From assembly GCF_964188315.1 (NCBI RefSeq), contig NC_135661.1:44826001-44890000 (forward strand): a stretch of DNA of 64,000 nt. Direction: 5' to 3'. The stretch comes from Podarcis muralis (taxonomy: Eukaryota). A program made the position numbers and the translations under genes. The notes below the pieces were generated by a model. That model did not search any database. It was not told the DNA's origin and saw only the letters and a list, made by a program, of their open reading frames with translations. Shown here piece by piece: positions 24,701-36,700 of the stretch (positions within the stretch are counted from its first letter, which is position 1; each line of letters begins with the position of its first letter).

Positions 24701-27700
24701 GCTATTCTGACCTGCTCCTTCCTCCTTCACTCTTTCCTAGGCCAGCAGAAGGATGGGGTTGCCAGCTCAGGCCTGCTGCATGGCTGGGTCTCATTCTGAA
24801 GGCACCCCCTTTTGTCCAGGCCTTCCCATTGGTCTGAGCCCATGGGAAGGGAGCTGAGCTTCCCGGCTCCCCACCCTGGCTCTGCCCAGCTCCTGACCAC
24901 ACCTGGCCTTTCTGCAGCAGGAACCAAAGGTCCTGGAAACAGCATTGGAAGCCCTTCCTCTGATCCAGACGGGGCTCCTGTTGGGAAGCTCCACCATGGA
25001 GGAATCCACAGTAACTGTGGTGTCTTCTGTGCTCAGCACCACCCTCAGCAGGTACCAGTCTCCTCTCTCCTAGGCACTGAAGAAGGGGGGGGGGGCTTGC
25101 TCAGGGCAGCTGGGGAACTGAATGAATTGTTTGGTTGCCAATTACCTATTGGAATCCTTTTGGTACGCAGAGTAAGACATTGTTCAGAGAATGCATCTTG
25201 GTTAGGGGACAGACTTTTATGAGTTACAATCTCACACACAGGGATGTTTGTAGTTAAGATAAATAATAAAGGAGTCTATTACATTATTTTTAAAATTATT
25301 ACTACATTTATAACCCACTTTTTTCTCCAAAAAGCTCAGGATAGCTCACAGACTTCTCCTTTTTTCCATCTTATTCTCATAACAACCCTGCGAGGTAGGT
25401 TGGGGCTGAGAGATAGTGACTGGCCCAAAGTTACCCATTGGGTTTCATGGCTGAGAGGGGATTTGAACCCTGGTCTCCCACGTCCATGTCTTGCACTCTA
25501 ACCACATAGTTGGATAGAAAAGTTCCAAGTTCTAGCCTAACAAGTCTGTACTAGAGCATGGTAGCCATGCTGGCTCCTGTCTTATCTCAGAGGAGAATTC
25601 TTCTTGGAGAGAGAAATGTGAGAGGAGCAGGAAGTTGTGAAACAGAGTGCAGCCTGAGAATATCAAAAGAGATAGAGAGGTGAGCTGAAGAGGTTAATGA
25701 CACAAAGGTAGTCTGGGAATCTGGAGGTCTCGAACTCTGTTCTATCTGTCCTAACCTACGCAAGACCCCTCTTCTGAAAATGGAGTTGCAGTCAAACTTT
25801 CAACAGTAACCCCTCTCCCCACTCCCTACCAGGTGTGACAAAGCCTCCCTGCCCCATGCCTCCTTCCACCTGCTTCAGCCAAGGGGCCTGAACGTAACCT
25901 TCCCATCCAGCTCTGCTCTGGAGCCAGTTCTGAGCCAGCACCCTCAAGTACAAGTCCAGGTAAGGTGGTAGTGGCTTGCTGTCCACTGGGTCCTTGTAGG
26001 GGGACATAGCGCAGGGCTGGCAGGGCGTGGAGGTGGGGCAGAGGGCACCCCCACAGCTCGCTCTTGCTCTCATCTTCATTCTAGGTGGCCTCCTTTGCAT
26101 TCAATCCTTTCCGGCACCTGGATGGGAAGCCGATCAATAGGACGGCAAGTATCGCTCTCATGGCCAGCGAAGAGTCCATCGGTGTCCACAATCTTGCAGA
26201 GGAAATAGAGGTGAGAATGGATACTGTACTGGGAAGTTCTCTCATCAGGGGGGACTCTTCTCTCAGCACCCAAGTGGCATGGAGAAGCAGCGCTGTCCAA
26301 GGTCCAGCTCTGGATCAGAGATAAGCACTTTGTGCTGTATGGCCTGATGGGAGACAATATGTGCTCAAGGACCAGTGGGGGGACGCACGGACTGCAGGGC
26401 TGACCATAGGCATTCTGTCTGCTTCCAGATTGGGCTCAGTGCCGAGGCTAGTCCTGAGGCCCCTCACACTCACTTGACTGGCAACGTCAGGAACTTTGAC
26501 ATTGTGGTAAACATCACATCAGTAGAGGATGCCCTGCTAGTATCGGTGGAATCCAGCACAGTGGTCCAGATCACCTTGCACCTGGGCCTCCAACCTGAGC
26601 CCAACAAGAACAGCAGCCTCCTCAACACCACCCTGCCCAGCAGCGGATGGCAAGAGGGTGAGGACTTGTTAGAAGGAGGCTAGAGGGCAGGTGCTGCTTT
26701 GGGACTTCCTATTGGAGCATCTGACTGACCTCTAGGAGAATAGTGCTGGACTAGAATGGCCATTGGCCTGATCTTCTTATGCTCATACATACAACACAAT
26801 GCTGCATGTATCCCCTTAAAAGTAAGTCTCATTGGAGTTCAGTGAGGTAACTCTCAGGTAAGTGGGCATAGCTTTGAGGTGTTAACTTCACCGGCTGTTC
26901 TGGGTTTCAGCCATAAGACATGACCTGTATGGCAGGCTTCCTCAAACTCGGCCCTCCAGATGTTTTGAGACTACAATTCCCATCATCCCTGACCACTGGT
27001 CCTGCTAGCTAGGGATCATGGGAGTTGTAGGCCAAAAACATCTGGAGGGCTGAGTTTGAGGAAGCCTGCTATATGGGAACAATTTACCTCTATAAATAAA
27101 AAGGGAAAGTTGCAAAAGTATACAGATTGAATCAGCTGTGTTTCAATTATTTAATTGCCCATTCAATTCATTTAATTGCAAATTACCATGATGTAGTGGT
27201 CAGATTTGCACTGTGGGAAACATCAATGGGAAATTTGATTTAAATCGCTTAGTTAAATCAGCCCGTTTCTTCATTTACATAATTGACCAAACCACTTTGA
27301 TTTAAATTTGTGCACCTGGGAGTAGGCACAGAGGGAGGGGCTTGAGGAGCTGGGGCCAGGCAGGACTGTGTCCCCCAGTGGGGGAAGGTGTGGGTGTGGT
27401 CCCTCTCTGCTCTCTTTGACTCACTGCTCTTGCTTCAGAGGGTATCTACACATGGGTGATTCCTCCAGAGGAGCTGCAGCATCATGGCCTGGGCACCTAC
27501 TACATCTCTGCAGAGGTGGCTCCCCTCTCTCAGGGCCCCTGGAACCTCTCCATTCACACCATCATCTCTGGATGCTACTACTGGTCCAGCCAGCATCAGG
27601 CCTGGAGAAGTGATGGATGTCGGGTATGCAGTAGGGTCAACCAGGCCAGAGGGCTGCAGGGCATGAAGCAAGCCTTTGCTTCCATGCTGAGAGAAAAAAA

Positions 27701-30700
27701 ACGTAGGGCGGAATGTCATGGGGAACCAAATGGAGCAGAACTATTGAGACCTCATCCTCCTGTGTTGGTTTCTAATGCATCAGTGCTTCCCTCCCAGGTG
27801 GGCTCCCAAAGCACCCTCCACAGCACCCAGTGCTTGTGCAACCACCTCACCTTCTTTGGGTGCGTCGCCTTGGTCCTGCCACACCTGATTGACCTTCACA
27901 ACACTGCAAAGCTCCTGAGCACCGTGGGCCAGAACCCCTCTGGGCTGGCCTTGCTAAGCAGCTTGTTGCTGGGCTATGGAGCTGCCCTCGTTTGGGCTCA
28001 ATGGAGACAGAGAACGGATGTTAAGAAGGTGAGGGGAAAGGGCAAGCAAAAGATTTATGATGGTGGTTTGGGGTTATTAGCATTTGCAGGCCAGAGACAC
28101 CCACCCCCCATCTGCCCTCATTCAGGCCCTTCTTGTCTGATGTGCTGAAATGAGGAACAATGGAAGTTTTTCATTGGAAATGCAAACGGGTCATGAGAGA
28201 AGACATTTTACACCGTCTTTTTAGGGTATGAGATATTTATTCAGCAAACAGCTGAGAGCCAGACACCCTGGAAAAGCCGACTTGCTGAAGTGGGGCTTGG
28301 CCATTTCTAGGGCCACCCACCCCATGTGTGTCTCTCCCCCCTCCAGGTGAAGGTCACAATCCTAGCAGATAATGAGGCCACTGCCTGCTTCCCTTACCTG
28401 GTGCAAGTCTTCACAGGCTACCGCCGAGGGGCTGGGACCTCTGCTAAGGTAGGGGAGGGTCTTACTTCCCTGCAGGCCCACTTTGTACTGTCGATGGTAC
28501 AAGTGCTGCCCATCACGTTCCATGACCTCGGGCACCTGCCCACAGAATCTGGGCCGAGTCTGGCAGATCTCTCCCTATTGGGGAGTGGGTGTGTGGGGTG
28601 CAGGCTTCTGTGTGACTGGCTGCATGCAAAAGCCTGTCTTTGATGACAGCCTTCATGTGCTCCCTGCTTGGGCAAGGAACTGAGGAAAGGAAGCAATCCA
28701 TGAACCCCACCCAGCATCCGCCCTCTTTTCCCTTTCCTTGATTGAACCTTTCTCCCTCCTTGGCTTGAGGTTATCCTGACCCTCTATGGGGCAGAGGGCC
28801 GGAGTGAGCCACACCTGCTACAGCACCCCCAGGGGCCCTCCTTTGAGCGAGGTGGGCGGGATGCCTTCCTCCTTGCCACTCAGAAGTCCCTGGGCAACCT
28901 CCACGCCATCCGCCTCTGGCACGACAGCACTGGGCCCATCCCCAGCTGGTAAGTCCATGGCCCAGCGAGGGCTGAGGGTGGGGGCCAAGAGGGTGGGGTT
29001 AGAGTGAACCAGACAGCAACTGGGATGCCAGGCAAGGAGGAGGCACACGACTGGCATGGGAGAGTCCATTGGCAGCACCAGACCTTATCAGATGCTAGTA
29101 GGCGAAGGGGCACTGCAGCTGGCATACCTAGTCCTCCCATGCCATGGGGTTGTGCTGCCAGGGCCTGGACACATGCAGAATTCCCAGGTCCTCAAAGATA
29201 CCTCCTTTCGAGCCTATGCTGAAGAAATTCACAAGATCCCCCCTGTCCAACTGTAGCAAAACTAGCATCAGGTCAGTTGGACATTCCAGGGGGACGATGG
29301 AACTGTGGCATGTCTTGTCCCACCCAAGGTTCATGCTCACCATGTTAAAGGCCAGCTTTGGCTCCAGAGGCCACATTGTCATGTCAAATAATGCATATGA
29401 CCCACCTTTGGTCTGAACCCCCAAACATAAAGGATACATCAGGGAGGGAATACACTTCCATCTCCAGTCTTTTCCCAAAGCTGCTGGGCAAATAACGCTT
29501 TATGTATAGGTTAACTTGGAGCAGAGCTTCCCTTGTGCTTGGAGGAAGCCACATGCAGCTCTCTGCTTTGGCAAGGTGATGAGGGCAGAAGGAAAAGATC
29601 CCCACTGCTTCCCTTTAACCTGCAACTCTTGAGTGATGGGGGAGTGGGGGCAGATCCCTTGGCTGCAGCTAATGGGCACCACATGACTGCTTGGCAGTGC
29701 CACCCATGTGTGGGCAAACGACTGAAAGGCCTGAGCCTCCTGCAGGTTTGTGAGGCGGCTGGTTGTCTGTGACCTGCCTGCCAAGAAGAAGTGGCATTTC
29801 CTGTGTGACTCTTGGCTGGCAGCTGACCTGGATGACGGCCATGTGGATAAAGTCTTTGCTGCTGCCTCCGAGAGGGATCTCCTGTCCTTCAGGTAAATAT
29901 GAGCCCCACCCACCCACCTCCTGCCAGTTTGTGGCATCTCTGGAATGTGTTTTTGCCCTTGGGGTTTTTCTGCCCCTGATCTACCCAACAGGTACCTTGC
30001 CTTTGACTGAATTATGCTAAGAACACCTGTGTGAAAAAGCAATATGCAGACATCAAAAAATAAAAGTCAGGGAATGGCAGGCTTTGTCCCAGAATCTGCT
30101 TGGAATGACAAATCTCAGACCCAGTGAAGAAAGTTCCTTTGACTATACACAGAGAGGGCCTTTCTCTCCCACCCACCTGGGAGTTGGGTCTTCCTTCCAG
30201 GTCAGAGAGTATGATGCAGCTTCCAGCTCCTCTCCATTCAGAAATTATGTGCAGCAGGAAAGGTCCCACCCTGCTCCTGGCCCTCGACCCTCTCTGGCTC
30301 AGCCCCCACCAAATACATCCCTTATCCCACTTCACCAGGTACCAGTTCTGGTCAGGGCTGGTGGACAAATTGACGCAGGAGCACCTGTGGCTGTCGGTGG
30401 TGACCTGCTCGCCCTGGAGCCCCTTCACCCGTGTCCAGAGGCTCTCCTGCTGCCTGGCCCTCCTCTGCTGCACCTTCCTCATCAACATCATGTTCTGGAG
30501 AAAAGAGGCTGGGTCCAGAAGCCCTGAGGCTGGTGAGTCGGCTGCCAGCTGGAGACTAGCCTAGCCAGTGCCTTTCCTTGTCCCCTGCCCCAACATGATG
30601 CAGGTGGGCGCTGGGCTGGGGGCAGGTGAGTGGGTGGGGTAGGGAAGAGGCTGACTTCCCACCACTTGCCATGGCTCACAGCCCCCAAGGCAGAGCCCTA

Positions 30701-33700
30701 AAGGGTCCTGTATTTGTGCTCCTGTCCCCATGCTCCACCTTCCATGCATAGGGCTTGCATGTCTCTAAGTAGCAATGAGGATTCTAAGCTTCACAATGGA
30801 GCTGGGAGTCCCCCTCTGCACCCCGCCCAGCATTTTTGGCATCGAAACTGCCTCAGCCACAGCAGTGATCCTTTCAGCCACCCCCTCCTCCTGACTGAAG
30901 GTCTCTGTCTGCCCCTCCTCTGCCCCCCCCCCGCTCCTGAGACAGGGCCTTTTATGGTGACTTGGCACGAGCTGCTGGTGAGTGTGGAAACAGCCATCTT
31001 CCTAATGCCAGTGAGCCTACTGATCAGCCACATCTTCCAGCTGGTCCAGCCCCCAGCCCCAAAGCCTCCGGCTGCCAGCCCTGAACTCCTGCAGACTGTG
31101 ATGCCCCCCAAGCAGGTGATGCCCCTCACACGAGTCAAGCAGGTGAGACCCCCTCCTCACAAGTCCCTCCAGTCAGCAAGAGGTCCTGAGCGGTCAGTCT
31201 CCCAGCACCAGCCTCTGCCCTGATGGGTGCTTGGCACTCTTGCCCTGCTCTCTCCATTGCAGGAGCTGGAGGAGACCCTGGGCTTCCTCTACAAGAACAG
31301 CCTCTGCCAGTGCAGAGCCATGGACAAGTTCCCTGGGACTTCTGAGCAAGTACCAGAGCTTGTGGCTGCTCTGTGTGACCTCATTGAGTCCCACCTCCAG
31401 CACCAGAAGGACCTGGAAGGTCCCCCTCAGGGTAAGAGTAGCTTGTCTTGGCAACGGATGCGAACACCACTCCCTTCCTCTCAGACAGAGAGTGCGCCAC
31501 CCTTCCTCATGCTCTGTGCACCAGTTTGTACCTTTGGGGAGCTGAGCAACCCTTGACTCAATTGGAAAGAGGAGGGGGAATTAAGGCTCTGTAGGGTGAG
31601 AGTGATGCCTCTTTGTACTTGTTTCCAGAGAGGCGCTTCAACCTCCACAGCTACCTGAGCCATGTGCTGGATGACTTGGGGACTCAGCTCGGCAGCCTGG
31701 ATTTGTGCAGCTTTCCTAACCCCTATGACCATCTGCATGCAGTGGACCAACTACGGAGAGTCCAGCAGCACCTAGAGCAGCAGCAGGCCCAGCCTTGGCC
31801 CAGCACTGAGGGGCCTGGCAGGTAGCCCCCATCCGGAAGCTCCCCTCATCTATCTCTTCCCCACTCTCCTGGCCCCATTTCCTGGTAACATTATGCAGAG
31901 ATTGCTCCAAACCCAAAATAGTACTTGGGGAACAAGATCCTCATTTGTAAGCTGCTGTGTTGCATCTACTGTACACACCCTACATATGTATACAAAGTAA
32001 CACACCTAGCTAAGGTCAAAGTTCCTTCCATGAAATAGCTTGCAGGAAGAAACTAACCAGATATCTTCACACTCCAGGGAATGCCTTCAGGGGCTGGGCG
32101 AGGAGGCAGGTCGCAGTTACAGGAGATAGAAGCTGCCCCCCCCCCCCCGGACTCACCAGTGAGGATGGGGGTCGCATATGCAGCAGAGTGCTCAAATGTG
32201 ACCCAGAAACAGAGTGAGGCAACAGTCCAAGGGCACCACCGCAGTCGAGTTCAGGCAAGGTACAATGCAGCAAGGCAGGGCGATGAGAATCAGGAAATAA
32301 GGCACCAGAGACCTGTATTATTTCCTGCAACTAGAAGGCTCACTAGGGAGGCTTTATATGGTACTCTTGTCTCCTAAACTACACTCATCCACAGCCACTG
32401 ACTGCTTCCTCACAAGCAGACTGCTGCCTCTGATTCCAGAGACTGGCAGGGGGAGCTGTTCCACCAACTGTTCTGACAGTTCCAGGGGTTTTTCATCAGG
32501 TACTAACCTGGAGGGCCCCTGGATCTATAGGGTATCTGGTTCATCTTCAGAGGACTCTGTGTCTGGCCCCGTGTCACACTCAGACCCAAAGCCAGCCAGT
32601 TTTCCCAGCCCACCCAATAATGGTCTTTTTCTTAACTGCCTATTGCTTTTTTTGCTTGGTCTGTGGGACATTTGCCCTCCCCACTGCACAGTTCCCTCCC
32701 TCCACTGGTGTTCCCAAAGGCTGAGGTGCCATTTATTCTCCTGTCTCTGTGTCTCAGTCCCACTGGGCCCAGGAGCGAGCTCAGCAGTTTCCCACTTGAA
32801 GACCCTGAGAAGGAGAGGCCGCCGTTCTCCCACTGTCTCCCCGGGAGATTCAGCTTTGCCTGCTGGCTCACAGTGGGGAGCATCAGCCTGGTTTCAGCCT
32901 TCTTCACAGTGCTCTACAGCCTAGAAATGAGCAGGGACGAGGCTGGGCACTGGGCCGTCAACATCCTGCTCTCAGTGCTACAGAACATCTTTGTAATGCA
33001 GCCCCTGAAGGTAACTTGGCCCTATCTGGGGTGCAGCTAACCTCTCCCACACCCTTGCCAGAGCCAGCATCTCCCCTCTTCTCCCTGACTCTACAAATGT
33101 CTTTGGTGTTCTGTGATTCTGCAGCAACACAGCAAGGTCAGAGGTCTGCAAGGATCCTCAGACCCCACATAAGTCCAGACTCTGGGTTTAATGCTTGTCC
33201 ATCTCTCCCCCAATCTGCACCAGTAATGTGTGTAATGTTACTAACCATTCCATTTGTGGTGGGGCCTCTCCTGCATATTCTGCTAAGAGGGGCCCCAGAC
33301 ACCTGCCCTGTGGGGCTCCCCAATGGCAACCCTGTTCTCTCTCCTTCCCAGGTGTTGGCTCTGACCTTCCTCTTCTCACTGCTGCACAAGAGGGAGTTGT
33401 GGAAGGACAAGGGGCAGGAGCAGCAGCTCTGGTGGGCCCTGGGCCTTGTCACAGGTAATTCAAGCTCTCCAAACCCCCCTCCCCGTGCCTCCATCTGCAG
33501 TGCTCGATAGGGCATCTGCCTGAGCGGCCTCTGACCAAAGGGGGCCTTTTTCCTCTTGCTTGGGACTTTCCTCTCCCTCTAGCAAGGGGCCTACAACTGG
33601 AAGCTTATGGGCAGAGAGACTGGGCAGACCCAGCTTACAGACCCCCTGCCCTCCAGCCAATGGTGCAGCCAAAGGAACGAGCCTTGAAAGACAAGAAGTT

Positions 33701-36700
33701 GTACTCCTTGATCAGAGAGATTGCAGGTGAGACCAGGCACGAAGGCCAGTAAGGGCGTGGATGGGTTGTGCAACACTTCCTGCTCCCTCCCCACACCAAG
33801 CAGGGGTGAAATATGCTCAGCATTCACACTCCTAAGCATCAGTGGTTAAGGAAGCAAGCAAGACAGAGAATGATACCGAGGCCAAGGCCAGAATGGTGGG
33901 AGCGGCAGTCGCCTCTAGGAACACAGGAAGAAACTGCCACATACCATGTCAGAACATTGGGCTTACCTTACATTTTCATCAAAAAATTGCTTTGCACAGG
34001 TAACTACCATAGAGTTAGCAAAATTTTCAAAAGTAGGGGGTCCATGGCTTGGCTTTTTTAAAAATAGGGGGTCCTCAGTACAGTGTTACCTCGGGTTACA
34101 GATGCTTCAGGTTACAGACGCTTCAGGTTACAGAATCCACTAACCCATAAATAGTACCTCAGGTTAAGAACTTTGCTTCAGGATGAGAACAGAAATCACG
34201 CAGCGGCAGTGGGAGGCTCCATTAGCTAAAGTGGTACCTCAGGTTAAGAACAGTTTCAGGCTAAGAACGGACCTCTGGAACGAATTAAGTTCTTAACCCG
34301 AGGTACCACTGTAATTAGCTAATTGGGAACCACTGCTATAAACCATACATAACTCAGTGGGTGCAGAATCTGCTCAGGACAAATCTTCAGATGTAATTTG
34401 CAAAATTTAAACCACCAGCAGGGAACATCATACCCAAGGGCGTAGAAAGGGGTGTGTGTGTGTGCGGGGGGTGGGTGGGTGCGGTCTGCCCCGTGTCATT
34501 CCTGAGGGGGTGACAAAAGGGTGGCACTTACCGTGGGGCCTGGCCTGCAGTGCGCCCAAGCCATGCGTCTCTCCTGGGAGTGATGCAGTGGCTCAGGGCC
34601 CTGAGCTGCCCAAAACGGACTCCATGGGCAGATCACCACGCCACCCCCCAGGCGGATCACCATGGCGCCCCCATGGGCGGTGCCCCCCGCTCCCGCTGCT
34701 CCGGGTGCCGGAGCAGCTAGCTACGTCCGATCATACCTGGAAGCGGGTGGGTTGCTTAGATCTGGATGGGATTATAATTTGGCCTGTGAGGTTGTTCCCC
34801 CCACGTCGTCTGGCTGTAGGGATGCAAAATCCAACAGGACAAACTGTTTCGATCCACTTCCCTTTTCTGACACCCAGTGCAGCTTGTGTTCCTGGCTGTG
34901 CTGATGGTCCTCAGCTATACTGAGAGAAGCCCCAATGAGTTCTACTTTAACAACGCCCTCCAGAGGACCTTCACATCCCACCTGGAAGACATCCTTACCC
35001 CAGAGGAGTTGTATGGGTGGATCAGGGTGATTTTGCTACCTGGCCTCCATGGCAATTCTGAAGGTGAGCAGCACAAGGAACAGAGATAAAAGAGCCATCC
35101 TTCTGTATACAGGCAGCCCTCTGCTTATGGGCATTCTACTTGTGTGTGACTGCTTTTATGCGGGTCACCACAAAACGAATGCCTGAATAAATTGAAACAG
35201 TGTGCCTTCCCTTGCTCAGGGCCGCTGCCTGGAAGTCTCTTTTTGCTGCTCACTCACTGCGATGGGAGGGATTGTGGGGAAGGCTCAAGGCAGAAGCCTC
35301 AAGAGAGGGAAGGTGTGCCGGGCAGTGGCCCCAGCGGCACACACTGTATAAATTATAAAAATAATGGCCTCTTTAGGCTTTTTCAGTGTTGCCAAAGCTG
35401 AAACCTGAAATTTACCCAGCTTTTCACATCTGTACAAACAGCTGTGCACCTGTGTGTTTTGCTTCTAAGCAGCACATTTCTCCCCTCTCTCAATCTCCCA
35501 GGTTTGGCCATGGATGGAAACTCTTTCCTTGTGGGCAGTGTGCGGCTACGGCAGATCCGAGCCACAGGAGCCCCGCCAAAGCCAGGGCCAGCTTTTCTCC
35601 CACTCCAAGAGGGAAAGCAGGGTCCCACGGCCAGCTGGGGGCCTCCTGCTGCAGGTGGGAGAGGTCAGGCGAGTGCCTGGGTCTTCCAGAATGAGAGCAC
35701 GCTGCAAGAGTACCCCATCTGGGGGAAGTTTGCTCTCTATCCGGGAAGCGGCTACCTGGCAAACCTTGGCAGAAACAAAAGCTACGCCTGGAGGTATGTG
35801 GACTGAGGGAGCTGCAGAACAGGCATCAGGTACTGAAAGCTCCAAGGGCTCTTTCTGGGCAGGTGTATCTCAGTCTCTGCCCACTATCTCCTGATCTGGT
35901 GAAGCTGTGGGAGAGGGTAGGTGAAAGCTAAAGACCCACAGTCCTGGCTAACAGTAGTGAATATGGCATTGCTAGCTGAAGTCTGGCAGGTGGTACTTGG
36001 GGGAGAACTGATCAACTGGGCAGGGCATGCAATAGTAAACTAGAGTTGTGTTTCTCTTCCCCTGCCGCCAGTAGATTTAGGTACAGCCCTTAGAATTCTC
36101 TCCCACTGCAAGGTGGATACACAATACAACTTTTTTCTGCACCATTCCCACCAGAACCCTTCGCTATCTGGAACGGAACAACTGGCTGGACAAAAGCACA
36201 CGAGTCGTCTTCATTGAGTTTGTTGTCTACAATGCAAATGTCAACCTCTTCTGCGCAGTCACGCTGATCTTGGAGGCCAATGGGATAGGCAAGAGCGTGT
36301 AGTAGAGACAAAGGGGGCCTAGCCCTGCAATGGGCCTCAGAGGCAGGATGGCTGTCCTGGGGCTGTTGGGGAGGGAGAAGGAGAAAAGGTGTTCCCTCTT
36401 CCTGGGAGCCAGCCTTGCTTGCAGCCTCCATGCTTGACCCTGTGCCTGTTTCTGTGGCAGGGGCCTTGTTCAGCAAATCGGAGCTGCAAATTCTGCGCCT
36501 CTATCCAGACCTCCAGCTCGTCCTCCAATTTATCTGTGCCCAGATCACTTTTCTCCTGCTCATACTATACTACATCTTTGTGCAGGTGAGCGGGGCCTCT
36601 GTAAGGCAGCTTTGTTTCCTTAGCCTAGCACCCTCTGGATATTGCTGGACTACAACTTCCATCAGCTTTAGACAGCACTCTCAAGGTGCCTAGGGTTAGT

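Noticed and set aside
32358-32757. Extra PKD1L3 exon in the TM3-TM4 loop (Ser-rich ORF)
   Set aside because: Available acceptors are out of phase with the phase-2 donor at 31821 or hit stops; 31821 to 32758 already joins in frame.
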